A stretch of DNA of 64,000 nt, taken from the NCBI GenBank assembly GCA_046881825.1, contig JBKSMS010000010.1, positions 86,348-150,347 of the forward strand. The letters run 5' to 3'. This stretch comes from Alphaproteobacteria bacterium (GTDB lineage Bacteria > Pseudomonadota > Alphaproteobacteria > Rs-D84). This document shows positions 38,049 through 49,000 of the stretch, piece after piece. The number at the start of each line of letters is the position of its first letter. Within the stretch, counting starts at the first letter, position 1. A program made the translations under genes and the position numbers. The notes below the pieces were generated by a model. It saw nothing but the letters and a program-made list of their open reading frames with translations, made no database searches and was not told the origin of the DNA.

Positions 38049-40316
38049 TTAATGCAATGGTTCCAATATTTTTATTTCATTAGTATTTGGATTCAAAACG
38101 CAAGGTGTCCCAGAATATCCCATAATCGCATGATGAGATGGAATTAAAAATTCAGGTAATGGTGATGCTTCGCCCATAAGGACTTTTTCGTGCAATGCTT
38201 TTTGAATAGGTGTTTTATTAATGAATTCCCATTCTTGGTCTGCTTCTATTGGGCGATGATACCAACCTTGGTAAATAACAAGCTGTTTTCCAATGGGTAG
38301 ACGCATAATGTCATGTTCGCTGTATAATGGTTCTTCTTTTGGTGTTTCCACTTCTTTGCCGTCTTTGACTTCGATTTTTTTGGTCTTTTTTAAACCTATC
38401 ATATCGGCAAATCTTTTTGCTGTTTCTGGATCGTTTTGGCGCAAAACAATTTTTGCCGCAGTGGTTGATATAATTGTTGCCGCCGCATCAGCACCATATT
38501 TTTCTTGAATCTGATGGATGTCTTGACCAATGATAAGGTAAGATACTTTTTGTCCGCGCCCTAAATCTGGTCCTTGGATAACCGCATCCAGCTTTTGCAT
38601 TTTTGGCATTTCATCTAATACAAACAATACTGGATACGGTCCCATCTTTATACCGTCAACAACTTGGTCTGTATTGTGCGCCAATAAATAATTAGACATC
38701 AATTCAATAAATATAGCGGTAATTGGATTTAACGCTTGGGCATCAACCATGTTTATAGACAGGTAAACACTTACTGGTTTAATTTTACCGTCCCGCGGAT
38801 CAACCATGCCACGCAGGTCGCTAAAATGAAAATCAGAATGGCTGGTGCGGTTGCGAACAGCGGCATTTCTAAATATTGCCAAACCTTCCATCATTGTAGA
38901 TAAAATAGAACCGCGTTCTTTGTCTGGGGTGTTTGCCAGTTGTGTTAATTCAGATACAGCACGGTTTGCGTAAGAATAACGGCGCGCTTCTTCAACAGCA
39001 TTTAACAATAAATCTTTCATTGGGTCTGCCATCATGACCATTTGGTCGCCTTGTTTTCTGCGTTCTTCCATTTCTTCGGCGATTGCGACCTGACTTGATG
39101 TTAGCCAATCCAGAATCATCGCAAATGAAGCTTCACGTCCACGCCATGCGTCCGGGATATGCGCCCATGTTCCAACATGAACATAATTGGTCGAATTTAA
39201 TTCACCCTTTTGCAACATGGAATAGGCGGCATATGCATTTGGGTCGTTCATCATTGATAAATAATAATCCCCAAGTAATGCAGCATCTTCCTTGCTAAGT
39301 GATCCATTGTTTATTTTTGTATAAAAATAATCGTCTGCTTTGGCACGTTCTACCTTTGATACAATAAAGTTTATCATACCAGATAACCCGGCGCGTCCAG
39401 TATTTGCCCAGTGTGGGTCTGCATTTGCACCCTTGGCATCTGGAACCAAAACCTTTGCCATTGAATCAATATACAAATCGCGCTGTTCCGGATTGTATGG
39501 AATATGTTCTGGCGATAGCGGATTCCATGATGGGTAATAAATACCACGTGCCGGGTTGTCTTGTCCCGCCCAATTCATGATGAACACAGGCCCAATCGTA
39601 GAACGATATCCAGATGTTGATTGTTTCAATTCTGGTTTTGGGTCGTTAATAATCATTGAAACCGTATCACAGTCAAGAATTGTTGGTTTTACAACACCAG
39701 CAGTTTTACCAGTTCCCGGAGGCGCCAAACACAAAGCAGACAAAGATTCATCAAACATTAATGCTGTTGATTGCCCCTTGTATTTAAAATATCCAAGGAC
39801 CATCATAAAACCTTTGAACAGACCTTCTTTGTTCTTCCAATCTGTTCCCATCTTTTTAATATCATCAGCGGTTGCTTTGCGTGCCGTCTTTTCATCGTAA
39901 TTATCTTTGCCTGCCGGGTTAAATTCTGAACGTAATGTGTCGTCCGCCAGAAAATAATAAACAATAACCGGTATCAATGGTGTCACACAGGCAAAATCTG
40001 GATTGTGAATTGTGCGGGATAACCAAAATGGAACCTCAGCAATCACAGACATGCCAAGTGTTAAAAACATATTTTTTATGTACAGCCAAACCCAATGTGC
40101 AGTTGCAGGCCCCCATCCGTAACGCCATACGTGTTCAACTGCAAAGGATAAACCAAAAGCAAAAGCACATATCAACCATACCCCAACATTCCATCGTATG
40201 TTCCAGAATTTGCGCGCAACAGGTGCCTGTTCGTGCTCTTTGTATTTTTTTGAATCAAAGATACTAAGACCTTTGCCAGAACCACTGCTTGAGAAAATGT
40301 TGAACTTCGTTGCCAT
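38049..40316 (-). CDS. virD4: Type IV secretion coupling protein (VirD4/TraG family ATPase)
   Basis: Two N-terminal TM helices, Walker A LAPPGTGKTAGVVKPT, Walker B VLFVLDEMPKMQKL. Start set at ATG 40316 (MATKFNIF), because the ORF-track start at 40436 would overlap the divergent rsmE. Confidence 0.85.
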   Translation of the reverse strand: MATKFNIFSSSGSGKGLSIFDSKKYKEHEQAPVARKFWNIRWNVGVWLICAFAFGLSFAVEHVWRYGWGPATAHWVWLYIKNMFLTLGMSVIAEVPFWLSRTIHNPDFACVTPLIPVIVYYFLADDTLRSEFNPAGKDNYDEKTARKATADDIKKMGTDWKNKEGLFKGFMMVLGYFKYKGQSTALMFDESLSALCLAPPGTGKTAGVVKPTILDCDTVSMIINDPKPELKQSTSGYRSTIGPVFIMNWAGQDNPARGIYYPSWNPLSPEHIPYNPEQRDLYIDSMAKVLVPDAKGANADPHWANTGRAGLSGMINFIVSKVERAKADDYFYTKINNGSLSKEDAALLGDYYLSMMNDPNAYAAYSMLQKGELNSTNYVHVGTWAHIPDAWRGREASFAMILDWLTSSQVAIAEEMEERRKQGDQMVMMADPMKDLLLNAVEEARRYSYANRAVSELTQLANTPDKERGSILSTMMEGLAIFRNAAVRNRTSHSDFHFSDLRGMVDPRDGKIKPVSVYLSINMVDAQALNPITAIFIELMSNYLLAHNTDQVVDGIKMGPYPVLFVLDEMPKMQKLDAVIQGPDLGRGQKVSYLIIGQDIHQIQEKYGADAAATIISTTAAKIVLRQNDPETAKRFADMIGLKKTKKIEVKDGKEVETPKEEPLYSEHDIMRLPIGKQLVIYQGWYHRPIEADQEWEFINKTPIQKALHEKVLMGEASPLPEFLIPSHHAIMGYSGTPCVLNPNTNEIKILEPLH

Positions 40317-40368
40317 GGTTGCTATTATATCATAAAAATAGATGTTTTTATACCAAAAGATTAAAAAA

Positions 40369-41028
40369 ATGCAAAATGTGCCAAGAATATATTTAGATGA
40401 AATTTTAGAATCCGGAAAATCTTTTCCGATTGACAAAGATGTCGTTCATTATCTGCGTCGTGTGATGAGACGCGATGATTGTCTGGTTTTTAATGATGGC
40501 ATAGAATATAATGCAAAATTGACTGATGATAATAAAAATATCATTATCGGTGAAAAAACAAATCATGTTGACCCAAGTAATGATACAGTTTTTTATTTTG
40601 CACCAATTAAAAAGGCGGATGAATTATTGAATATGGTGACACAGATGGGGGTTGCGGTTTTACAGCCAGTTATTACAGAAAGAACAGTGGCAAATCACAT
40701 AAATTGGAACCGTATGATGAAAATTATCGTGGAAGCTGCTGAACAATCTAACAGAAACACTGTCCCAGAATTAAAAGCCCCGATAAAGTTTGATGATTTA
40801 GATTTGAATAACCTAATTGTGGCAGATGAAAGATTCGCACATGATTTTAACAGAAAAGAAAATTATAAAAAATCGAATCGAATTTTTGTTGGTCCCGAAG
40901 GTGGATTTGCACCAAAAGAATTTGAAAAAATGGATAAAGCTGGTGTCATAGGGTTGTCACTTGGAAAAACTATTCTGCGTGCCGAAGTGGCAGGTGTTGT
41001 CGCAATTGCAAAGGTGTTGAATAAATGA
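40369..41028 (+). CDS. rsmE: 16S rRNA (uracil1498-N3)-methyltransferase RsmE
   Basis: N-terminal PRIYLD and the C-terminal SPOUT knot IFVGPEGGFAPKEFE plus SLGKTILRAEVAG. Confidence 0.8.
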   Translation: MQNVPRIYLDEILESGKSFPIDKDVVHYLRRVMRRDDCLVFNDGIEYNAKLTDDNKNIIIGEKTNHVDPSNDTVFYFAPIKKADELLNMVTQMGVAVLQPVITERTVANHINWNRMMKIIVEAAEQSNRNTVPELKAPIKFDDLDLNNLIVADERFAHDFNRKENYKKSNRIFVGPEGGFAPKEFEKMDKAGVIGLSLGKTILRAEVAGVVAIAKVLNK

Positions 41029-41723
41029 GTATAAGATTGGCTAAATTTATTGCTGATTGTGGTGTTGCTTCGCGACGCGGTGCAGAAGATTTAATAAAAT
41101 CTGGACATGTGATGGTTGATGGCAAAGTTGTTGATACGCCTGTGTTTTTTGTGAATGGAAATGAAAAAATTTCTGTTAATGGAAAACGATTAGAATCGCA
41201 AAAAGAAACTAAATTATATATGTTCCATAAACCAATAAATACGATGACTACATTGCGCGACCCAGAACATAGAAAGACTATATATGATGTGTTAGATAAA
41301 AAATATAAAAATTTAAAATATATAGGACGGCTTGATTTTAAAACAACTGGTTTGTTGTTGTTGACCAATGATGGTAATTTTGCACGTAAAATGTCTTTGC
41401 CTAAAAATCAAATAGAACGGACTTATATTGCGACTGTAAATAAATTTAGTGAACGTGGTTTAAATATTGCGCGTCATGGTGTTACGGTGAATGGAATAAA
41501 ATATCGTCCGATGAAGATAGAAATAATAGATGAACATAATTTAAAGATAACTGTGACGGAAGGTAAAAAGAACGAAATTCGAATCGTGCTAAAACATATT
41601 GCATCGCCAGTTGTCAATTTACATCGTATATCTTATGGACCAATAAAGCTTGGAAAACTGGGGATCGGAAAAATTTTAGAAGTGGATAAGAAAACTGTTG
41701 ACCTGATTTCGAAAAATTTCTAA
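41025..41723 (+). CDS. rRNA pseudouridine synthase, RsuA/RluB family
   Basis: S4 domain IRLAKFIADCGVASRRGAEDLIKSGHVMVDGK and catalytic motif GRLDFKTTGLLLLTNDG. 4-nt overlap with rsmE. Confidence 0.85.
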   Translation: MSIRLAKFIADCGVASRRGAEDLIKSGHVMVDGKVVDTPVFFVNGNEKISVNGKRLESQKETKLYMFHKPINTMTTLRDPEHRKTIYDVLDKKYKNLKYIGRLDFKTTGLLLLTNDGNFARKMSLPKNQIERTYIATVNKFSERGLNIARHGVTVNGIKYRPMKIEIIDEHNLKITVTEGKKNEIRIVLKHIASPVVNLHRISYGPIKLGKLGIGKILEVDKKTVDLISKNF

Positions 41724-41752
41724 AATCAAGAAAAGGGAAGAGGGAGTTTTAC

Positions 41753-42712
41753 ATGAAAAAAATAAAAACTACTAGAAATATCAAGGTAAAGAAGGTTGTG
41801 ACCAAAGGCACAGCATGCCAAAACTGTGTTTGGTCGTGGGCCATATATGTATATTGGTTCATAATTTTGTTCTTTATCGCGGCCACTTTTTATATCATTG
41901 GTCGTGGACATGAATTTCTTAGCCCGACAAACAGAAATGTTGTCGTTTCAGAAGAAGTTTTAAAACAATCTCAAGATTATATTGATGCGGCAAAAGAAAA
42001 AATAGTTGCTGGTGATATGGAAGCGGCTATTGTTGATTTAAATGCTGCTATTGATGCTAATGCCAGTGCAAGTGTTTACACTTTGCGTGGCGAAGCATAT
42101 ATGCAAATGGGTGATTATCAAAAGGCATTAAGTGATTTTGATTCAGCTCTTGAAGTCGATGGTATGAACGCGGTTGCTTTCTACGACAGGGCTTTGTTGA
42201 ATATGCGTCTTGAAAATTACGAAGCTGCTTTGACTGATGTAAATAATGCGTTGGCTGCGCAATCTATGAAACCTATGGATGTTTTGTCAATGCGTGATTT
42301 GTATGCAAAACGTGGTCAATTGAATTTGTGGCTGAAAAATTGGCAGGGTGCTGTTGCTGATTACACTAATTCCCTTGCACGTGCCGAAGGCAGTGTTTCC
42401 GCTGATGTATATGCTGAACGTGCCGAAGCTTATACTGCGCTGGGGTTATACGAAAACGCGATTAACGATTATACATCTGCGGTTCGTGTGATTTCGGAAC
42501 AGATTCAAGCAATGCCAACGCAAGAAGGTCGTGAATCAGAATCTAGCAATGCGATGTCTTATTTCGAAAAATCGGCCGCTTTGAATTTAAAGTTGGGCCG
42601 TAATGATTTGGCGAAAAATGATTTGGAATCTGCGTTTGCGATTGCGACAGCATTAAGTGATACGGAAAGCATGGAAAGAATCCAAAATCTTATAAATGGG
42701 TTGAACAACTAA
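41753..42712 (+). CDS. TPR-repeat protein with N-terminal membrane anchor
   Basis: TM WAIYVYWFIILFFIAATFYII followed by several 34-aa TPR-like units (RGEAYMQMGDYQKALSDFDSALEVDG, AFYDRALLNMRLENYEAALTDVNNAL and others). Confidence 0.6.
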   Translation: MKKIKTTRNIKVKKVVTKGTACQNCVWSWAIYVYWFIILFFIAATFYIIGRGHEFLSPTNRNVVVSEEVLKQSQDYIDAAKEKIVAGDMEAAIVDLNAAIDANASASVYTLRGEAYMQMGDYQKALSDFDSALEVDGMNAVAFYDRALLNMRLENYEAALTDVNNALAAQSMKPMDVLSMRDLYAKRGQLNLWLKNWQGAVADYTNSLARAEGSVSADVYAERAEAYTALGLYENAINDYTSAVRVISEQIQAMPTQEGRESESSNAMSYFEKSAALNLKLGRNDLAKNDLESAFAIATALSDTESMERIQNLINGLNN

Positions 42713-42741
42713 AAAAATCCGCCAAACGGCGGATTTTTTTT
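42713..42741 (+). terminator. Intrinsic terminator after the TPR gene
   Basis: atccgcc-aaac-ggcggat followed by T8 (42715-42741). Confidence 0.8.
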
Positions 42742-42918
42742 GACTTTCTTTATATATAGTAATAAGATAAAAGTATGGTTTATAAATTATTTATCTTTAC
42801 CACCACTACTACAACCCCTTTGGGGGTATAGATTTTTGATTGCGCATATATAACGCGCGTATTATAATAAGCAAGCAATTTTAAAAAATAACTATTAAGT
42901 AAAAAGAAGGTATTTATT

Positions 42919-44676
42919 ATGTCTTATCCAATAGAAACGATTCGTCATTCACTGGCTCATGTGATGGCGGCTGCTGTGAAAAAATTATATCCAGATGTTA
43001 AATTTGCTGGGGGGCCAGCTATTGAAAACGGTTTTTATTATGATTTCGATACTGAACACAGATTCAGCGAAGAAGATTTTGAAAAAATCGAAAAAGAAAT
43101 GCGTGCTTTGATTAAATCAGATGGCCGATTCGAAAGGCGCGAAATTTCGCTGAACGAAGCTAAAGAAATTTTCAAAGACCAACCATATAAAATGGAATGG
43201 TTAAATGAATACGATGCAAATGGCGAAGTATTATCTATTTATACTTTCCGTGATTTCGTTGATTTGTGTCGTGGGCCGCATGTTGAATCAAGTAAAGATT
43301 TACCAAGGGATGGTTTTAAAATAAGAACTGTTGCTGGTGCTTATTGGAAGGGCGATTCTAAAAACAAAATGTTGCAAAGAATCTATGTTGATGCTTTTGC
43401 AAATGCTGATGAATTGGCTGCATTTTTAAAAATGCAAGAAGAAGCAGCAAAGCGTGACCATAGAAAACTTGGACCAGCATTAGGATTGTTTTTCTTTGAT
43501 GAAAGATCTCCAGGGGTTCCTTATTATATGCCTGGTGGCTGGATAGTTTATCGTGAATTGTATAACTTTTGGACTGAATATCACGAAAAACACGATTATT
43601 TGGAATTTCGTTCACCATTAATGAATAAAAAGGATTTGTATGTAACAAGTGGTCACTGGGATCATTACAAAGACGATATGTTTGTGTTTAAAGAGGACGA
43701 TAATAATGTATTCGCTTTAGCGCCTATGTCTTGTCCAAATGCTATTGTTTTATATCAGTATGAGCCACGCAGTTATCATGATTTGCCTTTGCGTTTGGCA
43801 GATGCTGATATGCTTTATCGTTATGAAAGTTCTGGGGCATTAAATGGATTGTTTAGAACTTATGAATTTAACCAGGACGATGCGCATATTTTCATCAGTG
43901 AGGATATGATAGAAGACGAATATAATCGTATATTGGACATAGTTCAAGATTTTTATAAATTGTTTGATATGAAATGCTTCATAAGATTCTCAACTAGACC
44001 GGACGATTTTATGGGTGATATTGAAACTTGGAACAAGGCGGAATCTATTTTGAAAAAAATATTGGTTAATCGATTCGGCAACAATGGATTCAAAATTCAA
44101 GAAAAAGATGGTGCCTTTTATGGTCCAAAGTTAGACATCAAAATTGTTGATAGTTTAGGTCGTGAATGGCAGGCTGGAACTATTCAATTGGATTTTCAAT
44201 TACCACGAAACTTTAATTGCGTATACATAGACAAAGATGGTGAGAAAAAAACACCGATTATTGTACATCGGACTATTTATGGTTCCTTGGGACGTTTTAT
44301 GGGGTTGATGTTAGAACATTTAGCTGGCAAATTACCTGTGTGGTTGTCACCTGTTCATGCAGTAGTTATCCCGATTACAGACCGTTGCAAGGAATACGCA
44401 GATAAAATTGTGGCACAATTACAAAATGTAGAAATAAAAACTGCTACAGCTGGGTTGCGTATCAAGAAAGATTATTCTTCTGAAAGTATGCAGAAGAAAA
44501 TACGTAATGCACAGTTGAAACAGGTTCCGTATATGATTATTGTTGGTGACAAAGAATTAGAATCACAAACAATATCAATTAGACGTCGTGATGGAAAACA
44601 GGAATTCAATGTAAAATTGGACGACTTTATCCAAAATTTGAAGAACAAAATTAAAAACAGAGATTTGGATATATAA
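42919..44676 (+). CDS. thrS: Threonyl-tRNA synthetase (no N-terminal TGS domain)
   Basis: Starts directly in the editing domain (IRHSLAHVMAAAV). Class II motifs YRYESSGALNGLFRTYEFNQDDAHIF, GTIQLDFQLP and HRTIYGSLGRFMG. Anticodon-binding domain present. Confidence 0.93.
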   Translation: MSYPIETIRHSLAHVMAAAVKKLYPDVKFAGGPAIENGFYYDFDTEHRFSEEDFEKIEKEMRALIKSDGRFERREISLNEAKEIFKDQPYKMEWLNEYDANGEVLSIYTFRDFVDLCRGPHVESSKDLPRDGFKIRTVAGAYWKGDSKNKMLQRIYVDAFANADELAAFLKMQEEAAKRDHRKLGPALGLFFFDERSPGVPYYMPGGWIVYRELYNFWTEYHEKHDYLEFRSPLMNKKDLYVTSGHWDHYKDDMFVFKEDDNNVFALAPMSCPNAIVLYQYEPRSYHDLPLRLADADMLYRYESSGALNGLFRTYEFNQDDAHIFISEDMIEDEYNRILDIVQDFYKLFDMKCFIRFSTRPDDFMGDIETWNKAESILKKILVNRFGNNGFKIQEKDGAFYGPKLDIKIVDSLGREWQAGTIQLDFQLPRNFNCVYIDKDGEKKTPIIVHRTIYGSLGRFMGLMLEHLAGKLPVWLSPVHAVVIPITDRCKEYADKIVAQLQNVEIKTATAGLRIKKDYSSESMQKKIRNAQLKQVPYMIIVGDKELESQTISIRRRDGKQEFNVKLDDFIQNLKNKIKNRDLDI

Positions 44677-44723
44677 TTCTTAATCGACTAAAACAAATCG
44701 GTTAAATTGCCGTTATAAAACAG

Positions 44724-44747
44724 GGTGGGGCGGTTCGCCTCACCTTT
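44724..44747 (+). terminator. Hairpin downstream of thrS (possible terminator/attenuator)
   Basis: ggtggggcg-gtt-cgcctcacc is a 9-bp stem with one G-U pair. Only TTT follows, so termination efficiency is uncertain. Confidence 0.4.
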
Positions 44748-44766
44748 GAGAAAAAAAGGAAGAAAG

Positions 44767-44907
44767 ATGAAAAAAATTGTTTTATTATTGGGACTTTTGG
44801 CGGTTGTTTGCGTGATTGCAGGGTGTTGCAAATGCGAAACCGAACCTATTGTAGAAGCTAATCATAAATTGATTGTTCCACCTAATTTTGGAAATATGCC
44901 AAAATAA
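44767..44907 (+). CDS. Small lipoprotein (46 aa), DUF3035/BamF-like C-terminal motif
   Basis: MKKIVLLLGLLAVVCVIAGC lipobox and SD AAGGAAG. The C-terminal LIVPPNFGNMPK resembles the PP..LP motif of DUF3035 lipoproteins (from memory). The ORF-track start at 44725 runs through a hairpin. Confidence 0.4.
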   Translation: MKKIVLLLGLLAVVCVIAGCCKCETEPIVEANHKLIVPPNFGNMPK

Positions 44908-44970
44908 TTTTGTGATATCGTTTTTTTATGATATAATAGTCCCGTGAATGTAAAACCAAGAGGGACCCAT

Positions 44971-45732
44971 ATGGACAAAGATGAAAATTTAGATTTGTTG
45001 GATTTGGAAGATACTAACGATGTTGATGTTTTACCAGAAGCAACACCGTTTTCTAACCCGCGACCAAAGAAACCTTGGCTTTTGATGGGGTTGGGAATTG
45101 CTATTATCGTTTTGGCAACATGGATTATTGTTGCAAAGATTGGTGGTGATTCGTCAGATAGTGTAAACATAGATTTGGATGTCCCTGTTGAAAGTGTGGA
45201 CAAACCTGCTGAACCTGTTGCAGATTTAAATGTTCCGGCAAAACCTGTGGATGTTGCACCACAGCCAACAACTGTTCAACAACCGGCAACGGAACAAAAT
45301 GCGCCTGTGCAAGAACAGGAAAGACCCGCGATAATGGTTCCTGTCACAGAAATGGGAAATCCTGTGCGTGTTATCGAAGACAGAAAAGAAGTGACATTTA
45401 ATCCAGATAAACCAGTCGCGCAAAAGCCGGTGGCAAAACCTGTGAAAAAAGCAACTGCGCCAGCTAAAAAGACTGTGGCGGCTTCGTCTAATGGTAATAT
45501 TTATGTTCAGTTTGGTTCTTACAGCACGCGTGCGTTGGCGCAAAGTGCAGAACAAAAAATGCGTGCGAGTCACAGTAATTTGTTCAGTGGAAAACAGTTT
45601 GTTATCTTGGCGGCTCAGGTCAAAGGTAAAACAACATACAGATTGCGTATCGCTTTCCACAGTGCTAACGAAGCAAATGGTTTTTGCAGAAATGCTAAAT
45701 CCGATGGCTTGGATTGCTATGTGGCAAAATAA
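44971..45732 (+). CDS. SPOR-domain (peptidoglycan-binding) protein
   Basis: One TM (WLLMGLGIAIIVLATWIIV), a P/V/A/Q-rich linker, and a C-terminal SPOR domain (YVQFGSYSTRALAQSAEQK ... YRLRIAFHSANEANGFC). ATG 44971 with AGAGGGA SD. Confidence 0.75.
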   Translation: MDKDENLDLLDLEDTNDVDVLPEATPFSNPRPKKPWLLMGLGIAIIVLATWIIVAKIGGDSSDSVNIDLDVPVESVDKPAEPVADLNVPAKPVDVAPQPTTVQQPATEQNAPVQEQERPAIMVPVTEMGNPVRVIEDRKEVTFNPDKPVAQKPVAKPVKKATAPAKKTVAASSNGNIYVQFGSYSTRALAQSAEQKMRASHSNLFSGKQFVILAAQVKGKTTYRLRIAFHSANEANGFCRNAKSDGLDCYVAK

Positions 45733-45747
45733 CAAAAGGGGTTTGAC

Positions 45748-45942
45748 ATGAGAGGCGGCATTTGGGAAATACTTTTAATTGTTCTTTTGGTTTTGATATT
45801 GTTTGGTTCTGCCAAGATTCCTGCGATGGCGCGGAATATTGCAAATGGAATTAAAACCTTTAAGCATGAAATAAAATTAGAAGAACCAGCAAAAAAATCA
45901 GCGCCAAAAAAGAAAAAAGCGCCGGTAAAAAAATCTAAATAA
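45748..45942 (+). CDS. tatA: Twin-arginine translocase subunit TatA/E
   Basis: GIWEILLIVLLVLILFGSAKIPAMARNIANGIKTFK is the TatA TM plus amphipathic helix. Followed by a Lys-rich tail and its own terminator. Confidence 0.85.
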   Translation: MRGGIWEILLIVLLVLILFGSAKIPAMARNIANGIKTFKHEIKLEEPAKKSAPKKKKAPVKKSK

Positions 45943-45946
45943 TCCG

Positions 45947-45971
45947 ACCACCCGTTTGGGTGGTTTTTTGT
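45947..45971 (+). terminator. Intrinsic terminator after tatA
   Basis: accaccc-gttt-gggtggt followed by TTTTTGTTTG. Confidence 0.75.
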
Positions 45972-46061
45972 TTGTAAAATTTTTATATGTTTTTTGTTTT
46001 TTCTCTTTTATTGTTACGCAATTTATGATAAAATACTATTAAAGTAAAATGGAGAAAAGAG

Positions 46062-49000
46062 ATGAGAAACATCGTCAAAATATTTGGTTTACTGTCAATA
46101 ATTGCCGTAATTCCGGGCGCTATGGCTGCTACTTCGCGGGTAAGTGTGATTAACAATGCATCCCCACGTTTGCCATCTATTGCGGGTCGTTTGATATCTG
46201 GAACGACGAATACTGTTACAAACACAACGACTTCGTCGACTGCCGCATATTACGGGGACAGTGAATGTATCGAAAAGTATACAGATTGTATCAAAGAAGA
46301 TGATGTTTGTGGTTCTGATTTCCAAGAATGCACGACAAATGTCTTGTTCCATGGACAAATGTCAAAATGTTTAAGTGTTTTATATCAATGCTCTTCTTCG
46401 GGAATTAACGCATTGTTTGGAACAACTGCGATAAACGCACTGTCAACTGTTTCTACGACTGCTACAGTGGACGGTGTTACCGAAGTGACAAGATATACAT
46501 ATCCAACAGATGGTTCTGTTTTGGGTCAGTTAATTATTGGTGCGGGTATTACTAATAAGTTAACAACAGAACAATGTGTGCGTCGTTACACAAATTGTTT
46601 GCAACGCGATGATATTTGTGGCGCTGATTTTGAATTATGCACAACGAATAAATTATTTAAAAAGCAGGCTTTGCTTTGCGATTCAACATTGCAACGTTGC
46701 CAGAATGACGGCAAGAAAGAATTGTTTGGTTCTGTCGCTGACGCAGGAAGGTTAGCACCCCAAGGTGATTCTAGATTAAGACAGTTGATTGACGAAGGTG
46801 CGTCTTTGGCGGCATTAAATGCGGTAAAAACTTGCCAAAAAGTGACAGATAACTGTTTGGTCAGTGCTTGTGCGAAAAACCCATTAAGCTGTGTTGAAGG
46901 CACAAGTTTGGCATCAATTGATGCTGCAGAATTCATTGCAAGTGGCACAGGTGCCTTGCAAACTGCCCAGGTTATGCACGAAGGTGTGGAAACTGCGACA
47001 GCTTCAGATGTTCGTAAATTGTTAAAGACAGCTTGTCTTGAAACAATTGGTTCGAACAGATATTGCCATATGACATATCGTGAAAAAGTCCCCTCTGATC
47101 GTGAATTAGGTGATCCAGATTTACAAGAAGAAGTATTTTCACTTGCTTATTCTGCACGCAAAAGTTATGCGAATACCAAGGTTCAAGAAGCAATGAAAAA
47201 ATTCGATACCAAGGCAAAAAATTCTTGTGTTGAAACAATCAAAGAATGTGCTATGCGTTCTTGCGGTGGCGGCTTGGGTTCTGTGTGTTACAAGCAGGCC
47301 GGTAACGGGACAACAGGTGTTCAGGTAAATGGAACAAATACTTATGGTGATATTATGGCAGGGTGTTCTGCGATTGTAAATGCTGATGCAAATTGTATCT
47401 ATGCTGCTACATCTGCTGGGGAAGATGGGTACACATACACATATTATGATGATTCCGAAGATTCTGCGTTTAACAGATTGTTCCCGTTATTCAGTGAATC
47501 GGCCAGGGACCCAATTGGTGCGGTTGCGACATTGAATTCATTGCTTGCTACATCTTATAATGATGCGGCAATTGAAAAGATGAAAAAACAATGTCAAACT
47601 GTTGCGCTTTCTTGTGTGAAATCTATGTGTGGCACAGATTATGAAAATTGCTATCGCAACAGAACAGATATTGTTTCGGGCACATATGATACTGGTGTTG
47701 GCAAATTTGACCGTAGTATGAATAAGATGGGCGGTGTTCTTGATTACAATATCGTTATCGGTATGTGTATGAATACTGTTAAAAATTCGTCTGTTTGTGA
47801 AGAACATTTAAAGGTTGCAACTGCCGAATGGCGTAATTCTGAATATAGTGACAGTGAAAGTTGGGGTGCAAATAATACTGTGCGTGATGCATGGCGTGAT
47901 GCAAATAAAACAACGATAACTGGAACATATGAAAATCAAGTTATTATTGCGTGTAAGCCAGGTGAGCAAGATAATGTTGGTAATGAAAATTGCAATCAAT
48001 ATGCAACTATAGATCCGATTGATGGTGATTGCATTGGTGTAATGGATGAAGAAGGATGTGTTTACAGTGAACCTGTGTATGAAACCTATACAGAATATGT
48101 GTTGAATAACGGTGCAAAAACATTGTTTGAAACATTGTTGGTTGATGTAGAAAAAGAAGTTCAGGCGAAATATAATGCTAAATTAACCAAAGAACAAAAT
48201 GTATGTTTGGCTAATAATGCCGGTGGTGTTATGGGGGCAACAGAAACAGGTTCTACATTTATGTGGGTTAAGTTGAAATCAGGCAGAGTACCAGCCAATT
48301 ATGTGAACAAAGGGTTGAACACGAGACAATTCGTTGCGTCTAATGATTTGTATGGTTCGTTCTGTCGTGCAAGAATCACTGTGCAATCTGATGATAAAGA
48401 TATCCAAGATTTGTTGAAAAACAATTCTGTGGCATACTTTGCGGTTGGTGATTCATTCACTTGCGGTTCTTGGATAAGCGATGCTGATTTGCGCAAGATT
48501 TCTGACACAGTTGGTAACCGTGAATTGTGCAAACAGGGTTATGGTCAATGGGATTCCAAAACAGGCAAATGTGACGGTAGCAAATTATCAACCAAAGAAA
48601 AGATTGCTTATGCCTGGGGGACAGTCGCACCTGCATTGGCTGGAACAGGAATTGGTTTAGGATTGACTGAAAGCGGTTTAATCAACAAGGCAATTACAAA
48701 GGGTAATGAAAATAATTCTGTATCACAGGAAACAATCGACAGATGGGCGGATAGTTGTGATGAAAGAGCAAGTGCGGCGATTACAAATGCTGATAGCGCA
48801 TTGGGGCAATTAGGTGATTTGGCTAAATTAGAAGAAGTGGTGAATATTGCTAATGGTGCAGCTGGTGCAGCATATACTGCATGCTATAACATGGGAATAA
48901 GTGAAAGAGAAGGTTGTAGAAATCTTTCCATAACACTTAATACCAAGAAAGGTGACAACGGTGGTAGAGTTTTGAGAGATGAAGAAGAAACCAAGAGAAA

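Noticed and set aside
45226-45735. 169-aa minus-strand ORF opposite the SPOR-domain gene
   Set aside because: Cys/Arg/Phe-rich nonsense-like translation, whereas the sense strand has a clear SPOR domain and SD.
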